Of a stretch of DNA of 64,000 nt, positions 31,718-39,670 are shown piece by piece. How positions within the stretch are numbered: position 1 is the first letter of the stretch; every line of letters starts with the position of its first letter. Below the pieces are notes generated by a model. That model was not told the origin of the DNA. It made no database searches and saw only the letters and a program-made list of their open reading frames with translations. This DNA comes from Desulfobacterales bacterium. Lineage in GTDB: Bacteria > Desulfobacterota > Desulfobacteria > Desulfobacterales > UBA5852. The position numbers and the translations under genes were made by a program. The DNA lies in the NCBI GenBank assembly GCA_963674755.2, contig CAXXVS010000001.1, positions 384,001 to 448,000 on the forward strand, in the 5' to 3' direction.

Positions 31718-32020
31718 TTACTTTGCCGGCGCCTCGATCTTGTAGGTGCCGGCTTCGGTTTTTTCCACCGTGCCGCCGCGTGCGGCAAGCTGCTTCAAAG
31801 CGTTGTAAAAAGTGCTACCGAATTTTTCCTTGATCTGCTTCATGGTAAAATTGCCGCTGGCCAAATGGGCTACCGCTTCGCTGGTCTTGCTGCCGGCGAC
31901 AAAACCAAAAATGTCTTTCTCCGGGGCCGGCTTGGCAGCGGCCTTTTTAACGGCGGTTTTGGTGGTGGCTGCTTTGGGGGCCTGGGCCTTGCTGTCTTTA
32001 GTGCTGGTTTTCTTCGCCAT
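31718..32020 (-). CDS. Small basic protein with a Lys/Ala-rich tail and probable winged-helix domain
   Basis: KKTSTK..KAATTK..KKAAAK tail; GSK...TMKQI...YKI C-terminal pattern; GAGGAG RBS. Confidence 0.7.
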   Translation of the reverse strand: MAKKTSTKDSKAQAPKAATTKTAVKKAAAKPAPEKDIFGFVAGSKTSEAVAHLASGNFTMKQIKEKFGSTFYNALKQLAARGGTVEKTEAGTYKIEAPAK

Positions 32021-32595
32021 GGTTTCTTCTCCTCGTTACGGTTAGGGGTTGTTGCCATTTGTGAATAGAAGAATAACGAGCTGTCAAAAAATGTCGAGGA
32101 GAATTTTCCTTTTTGGGAAGAATTTCTTCCGGCGGCGGGAAGTAATAGCCAATCCTTCCATAAAGGGGCTATCGCCAAAGAGGCATGTTCGGGCGAGCGG
32201 CGGCCTGTCGCGGCCGACATTGCGTTTCAAGCCAGGAGGCATGCAAGGGGTAGCGCCGCTGGGCGATAGCCCCGTGTCGGGCCTGTCGTTAAGCCGATCT
32301 GGCCGAAGAGGGCGGTCGGATGGCAGAAAAATACGAGACCGGCTCGGAAGGCATGAATCTGGCCGGCCCCATGCGTTTTGCCTGAATTTTTCAGCTATCC
32401 AGGCGAAACAGCATGATTCGCTCAAAAGATACTAAAGGACATCATTATGGGTAGCTGAGGATAATTGGTTGGCGTTTTAATTAATCGCTTTCCGTGTCTC
32501 TTTATTTCGTATATGGCTGTTCATTAGCTGGAATATCTAAGCGGTAGGTCAACATCAACTGCGGTATGGGCGCATAGCCTGAAAGGGGACAGGAA

Positions 32596-32853
32596 ATGAT
32601 GAAAGAAATAATCCGCCAGTACGACGTTGAAGATGGTCAGGGAGATAGATTACAGGTGATTGAATACAAATTAGAAGTTACCCTAAAAGAAGGCATCAGC
32701 ACGGCGAACTTTGTTAGTATGAAACGCAATTCGACATTTAAAGACCCTGAATCCAAGTACGCTTTAAGCAATGGTGAACGCGTCATTATGATTGACGATA
32801 ATACCTTTCAAACGCAAGATGAACCTGTCCGTCGTTTTTACATTAGGCGGTAA
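32596..32853 (+). CDS. Hypothetical protein
   Basis: 85-aa AT-rich ORF with a purine-rich RBS; the only plus-strand gene in the element. Confidence 0.65.
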   Translation: MMKEIIRQYDVEDGQGDRLQVIEYKLEVTLKEGISTANFVSMKRNSTFKDPESKYALSNGERVIMIDDNTFQTQDEPVRRFYIRR

Positions 32854-33149
32854 CCTCGCGGTTCGGTTGCGCGGCGGCAATAGGTAGAGTGGCTGCGCCT
32901 TGATCAGTTTTAATCCAATTTGCGAAATTTCTTTGTTTTTTCAGCGAGGGCTTGGGAACTTTTTGTTACTTTGCCAAAAGTCAACCTTATTCCATGCTTT
33001 GTCCTGGCAATTTTAGTGACTTTTCGGGATGCGTGCTCCGGTAGCTTATTTACGTTGTCTGTGTAATATGATTTCCCGATTTTTTTTAAAATCCCATCCT
33101 TGATTAATTGGTCAAAATCAATTGGCTTTGCCTCATAGTATGCATTATT

Positions 33150-35039
33150 GATGGCCGCGTAAAAAATCAGGCGGCCAATTTGTAGCTTTCTGGATATCTT
33201 CCCGACGAATTTGTCCAAGCGAAGGCAAATTCCACCAGAGCGGCCTGTAAACGTTCTTTGACACGATAAACAGCAGTCGTAATACGGTGATCAAGGCCCG
33301 GATTACCCTCTGCGGCCTTCATTCTGGCCCTGCGAACCCGGGCCGCCCGTAGCAGATTGAGCCCGGTGGCCTTCATTTTGGCACAGAAGCGCACCGCCGG
33401 CATGCCCCGAACCCGTAGCTTTTTGACCCCGGTGCGCCGATCATATTCGCTCATGGTGGCCTCCACACCGGCCCGCCAGCGATAGGTGTCAATGAAAGCC
33501 TCGCTTTTCTCGGCCTTGCGACGCACCGATAGGCGATATTGCTTTCCGCTGTAGCGCAGATAGTTCTTCTTTTTCCCAGGCTTGACCGGGCAATGACCCG
33601 CATGCGGACATCCCTGGCAAAGCGTGGAATCGAAGGCCGCGCTGTAACAATCGGTTTTCTTCTTGTGCTTCACCTGCTCGGGAACGTGACCCGCCGGACA
33701 GGTCTCGACATAGCCCTTGTCATTAAAGCTAAACGCCGTGAGCGGCTTGGACTCATTGCCCTTCTGGGTCGGGGCGACAAGGTCGACATCGGCCACTTGG
33801 GCCGTCTGGTGGTTACTGTCACTGCCGTACAAAGTGTCGGCGACCAACTGATCGGGCCCCACACCCCGGATCTTGGTATCGGCGATGGCCGGCACCACGG
33901 CCTCCGCATCGCTCTCGCAGGCGGGTTGAACTTCGACATGGGTAATCAGGTTAAGCGCCTGCTCTTTTTCATTGGCCTCTTCACTGCGGCTGAAGCTCTC
34001 CATGATCTGGACCTGATAGCCCTGGCCCTTGTGGCCGCTGTAGGTGGCCTCCGGGTCCGAAGGGTTTTGCAATGAGTCGGAGGGGATCTCGGCCGGCTTC
34101 TTTATCGTTACTTGGGGGGCACCGGCGGCATCGGTCTCGACATGGCATTGATCGGCGAGCACCCGCTGCATGAGCTTGTAGCTGTGCATGAAAGCCACCG
34201 CCGTTTGGTCCTTGAAGCCCTCGATCAGATCGAACAGATCATTGCTGACCCGTTTTAACGTCTTTTCCGATTCCGTGGGTTTAACCAGAGAAAAGGCGGA
34301 TAGGGCCTTCTCACCCCAGTAACGATCAATCACATCAGAAGCGATCGTATCGAACAGCTCTCGGTGGTGGCGTTTGAGATTGACCAGGAACTTGGCGATC
34401 GTGCGGCTGAAAATGGCAATACGGCCCAGCCGGCGCATGTTGGAGCGGATGTGTACCGAGTCGATGCGCTGGTTGGAAGGATCTACACCGAACACTTTGG
34501 CCAATTTGTCGGTGAGCTTTTCGAACATGACCCCGTCAATGCCATTTTCGGCCATCAGCTGGCGGGTCGACCACAGGGTCTTTTCGCTGACGTATTTGGC
34601 CTCGTCGCTTTCTTCAGTGATGTCCAGAGCATAATGCCACTGGAGGTTGTAGGCCAGCTGCTCGACGGCCTCGACATCGTTTAAATCCATGGTTTGCTGG
34701 AAAAGCATCACTCCCAGCAGGGTATGCAGTTCCTTGGTGGGCCGCCCTATGGCTTCAGTGAAGAAGGGTTTTAACAGATCGACGGGAAGTTCTCCGAGCA
34801 GATGCTGGCGGAACAACCCGGGCCAGCCCTCTTCGAGCATCCGGCGCCGTTTGGGGCTCAAATAGGCCCACGGGTCGAAGAGATGTTGCTGTTTGTGGTC
34901 TTTGATGCGAAGCATGCGATCTCCAGGATAACCATCTGTAATTGTTTGGTTTCCTGTAGCATGACGAGAAGAAAATGGCAAGCTGAAATTGGGCGTTTTG
35001 TTAAATAATTCAGGCGGATAGACTTTTTACGATGCCATC
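33150..35039 (-). mobile_element. Insertion sequence, 1890 bp (IS1182/IS5-like)
   Basis: Terminal inverted repeats GATGGCCGCGTAAAAAATC / GATGGCATCGTAAAAAGTC; 6-bp target duplication ATTATT at 33144-33149 and 35040-35045. Confidence 0.93.
33167..34915 (-). CDS. DDE transposase
   Basis: GRP motif, RIDSVH, DPEATY, ADTLYG, CP...C..C...C zinc motif, YRWRAGVEAT. Confidence 0.93.
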   Translation of the reverse strand: MLRIKDHKQQHLFDPWAYLSPKRRRMLEEGWPGLFRQHLLGELPVDLLKPFFTEAIGRPTKELHTLLGVMLFQQTMDLNDVEAVEQLAYNLQWHYALDITEESDEAKYVSEKTLWSTRQLMAENGIDGVMFEKLTDKLAKVFGVDPSNQRIDSVHIRSNMRRLGRIAIFSRTIAKFLVNLKRHHRELFDTIASDVIDRYWGEKALSAFSLVKPTESEKTLKRVSNDLFDLIEGFKDQTAVAFMHSYKLMQRVLADQCHVETDAAGAPQVTIKKPAEIPSDSLQNPSDPEATYSGHKGQGYQVQIMESFSRSEEANEKEQALNLITHVEVQPACESDAEAVVPAIADTKIRGVGPDQLVADTLYGSDSNHQTAQVADVDLVAPTQKGNESKPLTAFSFNDKGYVETCPAGHVPEQVKHKKKTDCYSAAFDSTLCQGCPHAGHCPVKPGKKKNYLRYSGKQYRLSVRRKAEKSEAFIDTYRWRAGVEATMSEYDRRTGVKKLRVRGMPAVRFCAKMKATGLNLLRAARVRRARMKAAEGNPGLDHRITTAVYRVKERLQAALVEFAFAWTNSSGRYPESYKLAA

Positions 35040-35413
35040 ATTATTAGCTATCGTTGTTATCATTTCTTCCTTGGTCCATTTTTTTGTGTCCTTATCATTC
35101 ATTTTTTCCCTCCACGTTTTAAGGAAGTTCCAGTTTAGCCATTATCTACGATACTGCGTTTGAATACAAATATTAATTTGGAAGCTTTTCTCAGGGTGAT
35201 GTTATTCTTTTCGTATGGCGAGGCGGCGGCGTGCCGCAATCGGCCAGGTATCTAAAGGCCAGTCAGCCAGGGGCTGCAACCCAATCAAGCTCAAGGGCGT
35301 TTGCTTGATTCCAATTCTGCCGGTAGGGAGTCCACTGGGGTTCGGTATTAGGGGCGTGGTTGGTTTTCACTTTCCTCCCCCCTTTTTCCTAAGAAAAATT
35401 ATTGTCAGGAAGG

Positions 35414-35742
35414 AGGGTTTTTAAGCGGTGCGGGCCGTTAGGTCCGCCGCGCAAAACCCTATTACAAACCCCGAAGGTCCTTCTTGTCTTGGGCCAAGGG
35501 GTTTAGGCACAAGGTAACAAGAAGGCCGAAGGGCGTTTGTGGCGAAGGGTAACTGGTCCATATAGTGGGCCTGGCTATCCGTAGCCTATTAGCTCTATTT
35601 TAAATAAAAAAAATATATAATAAATACAGTTAGATGTAAGATATAAAAATGAATTAGCGTATATTTTGCGTTTTATAAGTACCTGATATTACTAACACTA
35701 AAATATACGCAACCGTTTTTTGAAAATATACGCGTATATTTT
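35414..35742. other. Candidate replication origin of the element
   Basis: Two GC-rich hairpins, then a very AT-rich tract with four AAAATATACGC half-sites including a perfect 20-bp palindrome at 35723-35742. Confidence 0.5.
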
Positions 35743-35756
35743 GAAAACCTACCTCA

Positions 35757-36677
35757 TCACCGTAACTTCAGTCCTGCCAGCACTTCCACCCACTCCTTGT
35801 TATTTTTAACGTAAGGCTGGCGGTTGGAACCCCCTGCGCCGATGTTCCAAATCCCGATTGAAAGGTAGACGTCGTGGTAAGAGCCAAACCGGTGAAGGAC
35901 GCCCTTGTCGCTGAGTTCTCTCAGATAGTTTTTTGCAGTGACTTCCGCCAAGCCGACCGAGCGCGATATTTGGCGAGCAATGCCGTTGAAGCCGCCATCT
36001 AAGATCGCGTGTACTTCCCCTGCTGGTACATTACCCGCAGCTTGGCAAAGCTCCTCACATTTTTTCAGGTAGGATGTTTTTTGCCAAAAAAAGTTCATTA
36101 TATCGTCAAAGTGGATGTAACGTTCGCGCATCTCCGCTACTGGGTTTTGCCCGGTTGGGTTAGAATCTCTATCCCTCTTTTCCATCCATTTCATCGGAAA
36201 TTTTGATGGTTTGGCGTTTTTGATGGCTTGCTTTATCCACTGGCGCTTTTCAGCGTTTTCAAGCCATTTTTGAATGCCCTTCACCACAAAGTCCCTAATA
36301 ACGTGATCCCGGGTTTTGGGGTGAATGGGCATCTTGGGATTGGCGTATTCATCCAGGTATTCGATAAGCCAAACATCAAGTGTGTTGTGGAGTTCCAGAA
36401 TCAGCGGTTTGGGCAAGCCGTGGGGCCTTAGCGGGCGTTCATTAGCGCTTGATTGCGGAGTAATGGGTTGCTCAATATCATCAGCAATTTTTTCCGATGA
36501 CTGCTGCGGCTGCGCGGTAACGGACGGGAGAACGTGTTGTTCGGTGATTGGCTCATCGGTGGTGCTTGGGGGCAGGGTTTCCTTTGACAATAGCTCGGGG
36601 TTTGCTTCGAAAAAAGCTTTGGCCCTGTTTTGCGTCGCTGCCGGTCTTCCACGGCGGGGTGCGTAATCGCTATACAT
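35757..36677 (-). CDS. Hypothetical protein, possible replication initiator (C-terminal winged-helix-like)
   Basis: 306 aa; IARQISRSVGLAEVTAKNYLRELSDKGVL resembles an HTH; lies next to the origin-like tract. Confidence 0.55.
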   Translation of the reverse strand: MYSDYAPRRGRPAATQNRAKAFFEANPELLSKETLPPSTTDEPITEQHVLPSVTAQPQQSSEKIADDIEQPITPQSSANERPLRPHGLPKPLILELHNTLDVWLIEYLDEYANPKMPIHPKTRDHVIRDFVVKGIQKWLENAEKRQWIKQAIKNAKPSKFPMKWMEKRDRDSNPTGQNPVAEMRERYIHFDDIMNFFWQKTSYLKKCEELCQAAGNVPAGEVHAILDGGFNGIARQISRSVGLAEVTAKNYLRELSDKGVLHRFGSYHDVYLSIGIWNIGAGGSNRQPYVKNNKEWVEVLAGLKLR

Positions 36678-36711
36678 GGTCGTTCCCTCAACGATCTCCC
36701 TATGGTGGATG

Positions 36712-36764
36712 CCGGGGGAAGGGCGGTAGGGAGCCGCCTTTTCGGGAGCTACCCTATCCCCCGG
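36712..36764 (-). ncRNA. Candidate C4/CI-like antisense RNA (branched hairpin)
   Basis: Outer stem CCGGGGGA/TCCCCCGG; inner GGG-TAGCT-CCC and GGCGG-CTCCCTA-CCGCC; loop complementary to TAGGGAG sites up- and downstream. Confidence 0.55.
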
Positions 36765-36815
36765 ATAATCAGGTTCCTAAACCATTATTACAAAAAGCAA
36801 GTATCCTTTAAAAAA

Positions 36816-37013
36816 TCACCACTGCATCAGTTCGCGCGGCAGACTGCCTTCGTTTCGTTGGGCATTAGTGACGGCCTGTAATGCCGCGCGGATTTGTTCC
36901 CGCCGGGCGACGGTTTCAGCGGCCTGCAACAGCATCGTCAAGCTATTACGGGCCTTTTCAAGATTATCAACGGGGCCAATAAGGACCTCAGCTTCTTTCG
37001 GCAATTTCACCAT
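36816..37013 (-). CDS. Small hypothetical protein
   Basis: ATG at 37013 with AGGGAG RBS. Confidence 0.55.
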   Translation of the reverse strand: MVKLPKEAEVLIGPVDNLEKARNSLTMLLQAAETVARREQIRAALQAVTNAQRNEGSLPRELMQW

Positions 37014-37260
37014 GGTCAATCTCCCTATATTCTGGCCGTAATCTTTTAAGTTTGGTCTGGTTAAGCATCAGAAACCGGCTGTTTTCGGGGCAAAAAGGAA
37101 GCTCAAACTAAAAAGGAAATTTTTTGGGAAGGGCGGCCTGAGAGAATGCAATAGCCCAGGCCGCCCAGGTTGCCCCACGGCGATGGCAGGTCGCCGGGGG
37201 CGGGGCGTATGGTTTACGGGCGGCGCTGGTGATGCCGCCCGTAGGAGGACCGCCCCTGCC

Positions 37261-38247
37261 TTACGATTGGTCTAAAATTTTGGTCAAGCGATCAGCCAAG
37301 ACGGCTTTTTCATCTTTGAAACCCAAGCGGGCCAGGTGGGCGCGGCGGTTATGGGCAACTGTTTCGGCCAGCGCCGCGCGTTCACCAGCCGAATTTTTCA
37401 TCAAGTTTTGGATGCGTCGGCGCTCGGCCAGCGGATCCATGCACTTCCGGCTCCCGGTGCGCGCAAAAACCCGCTGGACCTGGGCTGCGGCTTCGCCAGA
37501 ATTTTCAAACCGGCGGGACTCGGTGCCGCTCGTCGGGGCAAAGCCCAGCCGTTCTAGCGGGCTGCGCTGCCGGGTATTAACCAGCCGGACGCTGGCGGGA
37601 CCTTTAGCGTTCTTGCGGGCGGCGGCAAGCTTGGCTTCAATGGCAGCCAGAGCCTTCCGGCGGCCGTTTTCAAAATGTTGTGACTGTGACATTTCTATAG
37701 CTCCTTTCGTGTTCAAAATTCTTACATCCCTTCCCGCACGGCCACGGCCTTCAGCGATCAGGGCAATGTGGTTAAACCTAAGCTGCGTTTGCAGAGCGTC
37801 ATAAACGGCGTTATTGAAAACGCCCGACTCAAAGATGGTTTCAGCCAAATAGGCCGCGCTGATTTCCGGCAATTCATCGGCTTCAATCGCTCGGATGGTT
37901 TCGGGGTCGGTGACCAGCAAATCACAGGTTAGGTAATCTCCGTCCAGCTTAGGGGTGCCGGCTACGCTGCCCACCGCATGAGCCTTAACCAGCTCCGGCG
38001 TCAACCAGGTGTGGTCGCCCGCTACGATGGGGATGCCCTCAAGGCTGCGCAGGGCCGCCGGGGATGCCATTTCATTACGAGTGACCAGCATGTTGAAGAG
38101 GCCCTGGCCGGGGGGCGGGTCATCCAATTCGAAGCGGTCATAGGGCATGATCCGTTCCGCGAGCACCCGCGCCCGGCAGCGTAGGAAACCGTCAGGGGTT
38201 TTCTCCCAGCGGGGGCGTTCCGCCTTGTTTGCATATGCGATTTTCAT
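37261..38247 (-). CDS. DUF2213-like phage head-assembly (protease/scaffold-type) protein
   Basis: KTPDGFL, SLEGIPI..DH, VGSV, EISAAY, NHIALI..GRAG.DVRI; helical basic C-terminal tail. Confidence 0.72.
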   Translation of the reverse strand: MKIAYANKAERPRWEKTPDGFLRCRARVLAERIMPYDRFELDDPPPGQGLFNMLVTRNEMASPAALRSLEGIPIVAGDHTWLTPELVKAHAVGSVAGTPKLDGDYLTCDLLVTDPETIRAIEADELPEISAAYLAETIFESGVFNNAVYDALQTQLRFNHIALIAEGRGRAGRDVRILNTKGAIEMSQSQHFENGRRKALAAIEAKLAAARKNAKGPASVRLVNTRQRSPLERLGFAPTSGTESRRFENSGEAAAQVQRVFARTGSRKCMDPLAERRRIQNLMKNSAGERAALAETVAHNRRAHLARLGFKDEKAVLADRLTKILDQS

Positions 38248-38606
38248 AATGCTTCTTCCTCCTTGGTTTCTTTGGGCATTGGGTACCGCTGCCGCAGGTC
38301 TTCAAGATCCCGCATCGGAATGGGGTGCGCGGGCGGCTTAGGCGGATCATCGCTAAAGTCCGCCCGTAACCGTTCCAGCATCACCTTCGCGCGGTCATCC
38401 ATCAGCTTGGGCAGGGGTGGGGGCGGTGTCCAAAGGCCGCGCTCCATCGCCCAAATTTCACGCAAGAGGGCATCCCGCTGGGCGGTATCCGTCACTACAC
38501 CCAGCAGCATTTCAACGCGGGTGCGATTGACGGTTAGGATGGCGACGGCCGGGGTTTTGCCTTTGGCCTCCTGTTCAAGCCATTCAATTCTTCTTTTCAT
38601 ATTCAT
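38244..38606 (-). CDS. Hypothetical protein
   Basis: Overlap-coupled to both neighbours; KRRIEWLE N-terminus. Confidence 0.65.
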   Translation of the reverse strand: MNMKRRIEWLEQEAKGKTPAVAILTVNRTRVEMLLGVVTDTAQRDALLREIWAMERGLWTPPPPLPKLMDDRAKVMLERLRADFSDDPPKPPAHPIPMRDLEDLRQRYPMPKETKEEEAL

Positions 38607-38818
38607 CCCTTATCCTCCCTTTGCAGGAATTGATCTTCCAAAGCGGTGATACGATCTTCAAGATCCCCGCGCTCAATGATGCCTTTCAGGATGTTGGCCA
38701 GGTAAGCCAGTTTGGAAGCCATGGCAGGTTCTATGGGGCCATTGCCCGGGTCGGCGCGGTTGATAAGCCCGGCCACGTAGCGCCGAATATCCGCAATGCT
38801 TTTCAGGCGACGAGCCAT
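38603..38818 (-). CDS. Small helical protein, possibly small-terminase-like
   Basis: AGGAGG RBS; C-terminal LEDRITALE coiled coil. Confidence 0.6.
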   Translation of the reverse strand: MARRLKSIADIRRYVAGLINRADPGNGPIEPAMASKLAYLANILKGIIERGDLEDRITALEDQFLQREDKG

Positions 38819-38914
38819 TACCTCCTAACCCCCATAGGAAAGTCTATTGAAATTAGAGAGATAACGCTTTTGTGATACTGAAAAGCGGCCCATTTGAGTG
38901 CGAAAAAAGGGCAT

Positions 38915-39169
38915 TTAGCGGCCTTGCTCCGGCTGCGCCAGATATGCGCTGATCAATTCCTCAATCTTCGCAGAAGCCGTTATCTCATCTTCCAGGCAGC
39001 GTACCTTGAACCGCTTCCACAGGGCGGCATCCACCTGTATCCCAATGTTGGTTCGAACCTGCTGGGGATACCGTTGCTTGAAATCGGCAATTTTTTCTTC
39101 GATTTCCCGCAACGCCTTTTGGCGGCCTCGCTCGTGGGCATCAGAGTTTTCCATCGCTTCCTCCATCAT
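38915..39169 (-). CDS. Ribbon-helix-helix DNA-binding protein
   Basis: TNIGIQVDAALWKRFKVRC...ITASAKIEELISAYL pattern. Confidence 0.7.
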   Translation of the reverse strand: MMEEAMENSDAHERGRQKALREIEEKIADFKQRYPQQVRTNIGIQVDAALWKRFKVRCLEDEITASAKIEELISAYLAQPEQGR

Positions 39170-39511
39170 ATATATTGGGTTATTTATAGAATATAGAATA
39201 TAATATATAATGTTACAGCTAAAGTAAAGCTCTTGGATGATATTAATAACAATTTAGGGTATTTGGATTCTTCTCCGGCTGTGGGCCGCTGTGGTCGCCA
39301 TAGTAAGGCGTGGGTTTTAGGGGTAGGTAGGGTGGCTATGCGGAGGCGAGCAGCCTGTGGCGGGCTAATGGGACAGTCACATGGGGAATCAGGGGGAGAG
39401 GTGGGGGCCAGGGGCGGCCCCCTGTACCGTTCAGTTCGGTAGGTCCTTCAGATCTTGCAGCAGCCCGGTCAATTCGAAGGGCATAGGATGATTAATAGCG
39501 TTTACTTGGCC

Positions 39512-39636
39512 TTGACCAGTGCGAGGCCTTCACGGATGCCGCTTTCATCGATGCACTGCTGGACATCCGGTGTGATATTGATGAAGGCCCGCCGGGTGGG
39601 CACGTTGAACCACAATTCCTTGCGATAGCTTTTCAT
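39512..39636 (-). pseudogene. yjbQ: 5' part of the host yjbQ gene
   Basis: [22 protein letters not shown]...EGLALV, then element sequence and a stop at 39502-39504. Confidence 0.93.
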
Positions 39637-39670
39637 TGCCAGCTCTCTTTGCCGATCGGCATTTAGGGCT

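Larger units (their letters stand above)
32910..35102 (-). pseudogene. ~98-aa hypothetical gene disrupted by the IS (MNDKDTKKW...IANN|AYYEAKPIDF...KLD)
   Basis: Removing 33150..35045 restores an open frame from ATG 35102 (GGAGGG RBS) to the stop at 32910. Confidence 0.85.
28610..39516 (-). mobile_element. ~10.9-kb integrative, phage-satellite-like element inserted in yjbQ
   Basis: 5-bp shared core TTGAC at 28610-28614 and 39512-39516; both yjbQ halves flank it; serine integrase at one end; AT-richer intergenic DNA. Confidence 0.93.

Noticed and set aside
32100..32440. Retron msr-msd or diversity-generating retroelement
   Set aside because: No reverse transcriptase is present in the window
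32910..33218. 102-aa ORF as annotated in the track
   Set aside because: Its N-terminus comes from the IS end; the real start is at 35102 across the IS
35259..35345. tRNA gene
   Set aside because: Multi-stem, but lacks the T-loop/D-loop consensus and an acceptor-stem/CCA geometry
35640..35745. CRISPR array
   Set aside because: Repeats are 11 bp, in mixed orientation, without regular spacers or cas genes
28610..39516. Complete prophage or conjugative element
   Set aside because: No major capsid, portal, large terminase, tail, lysis, relaxase or T4SS genes are recognisable
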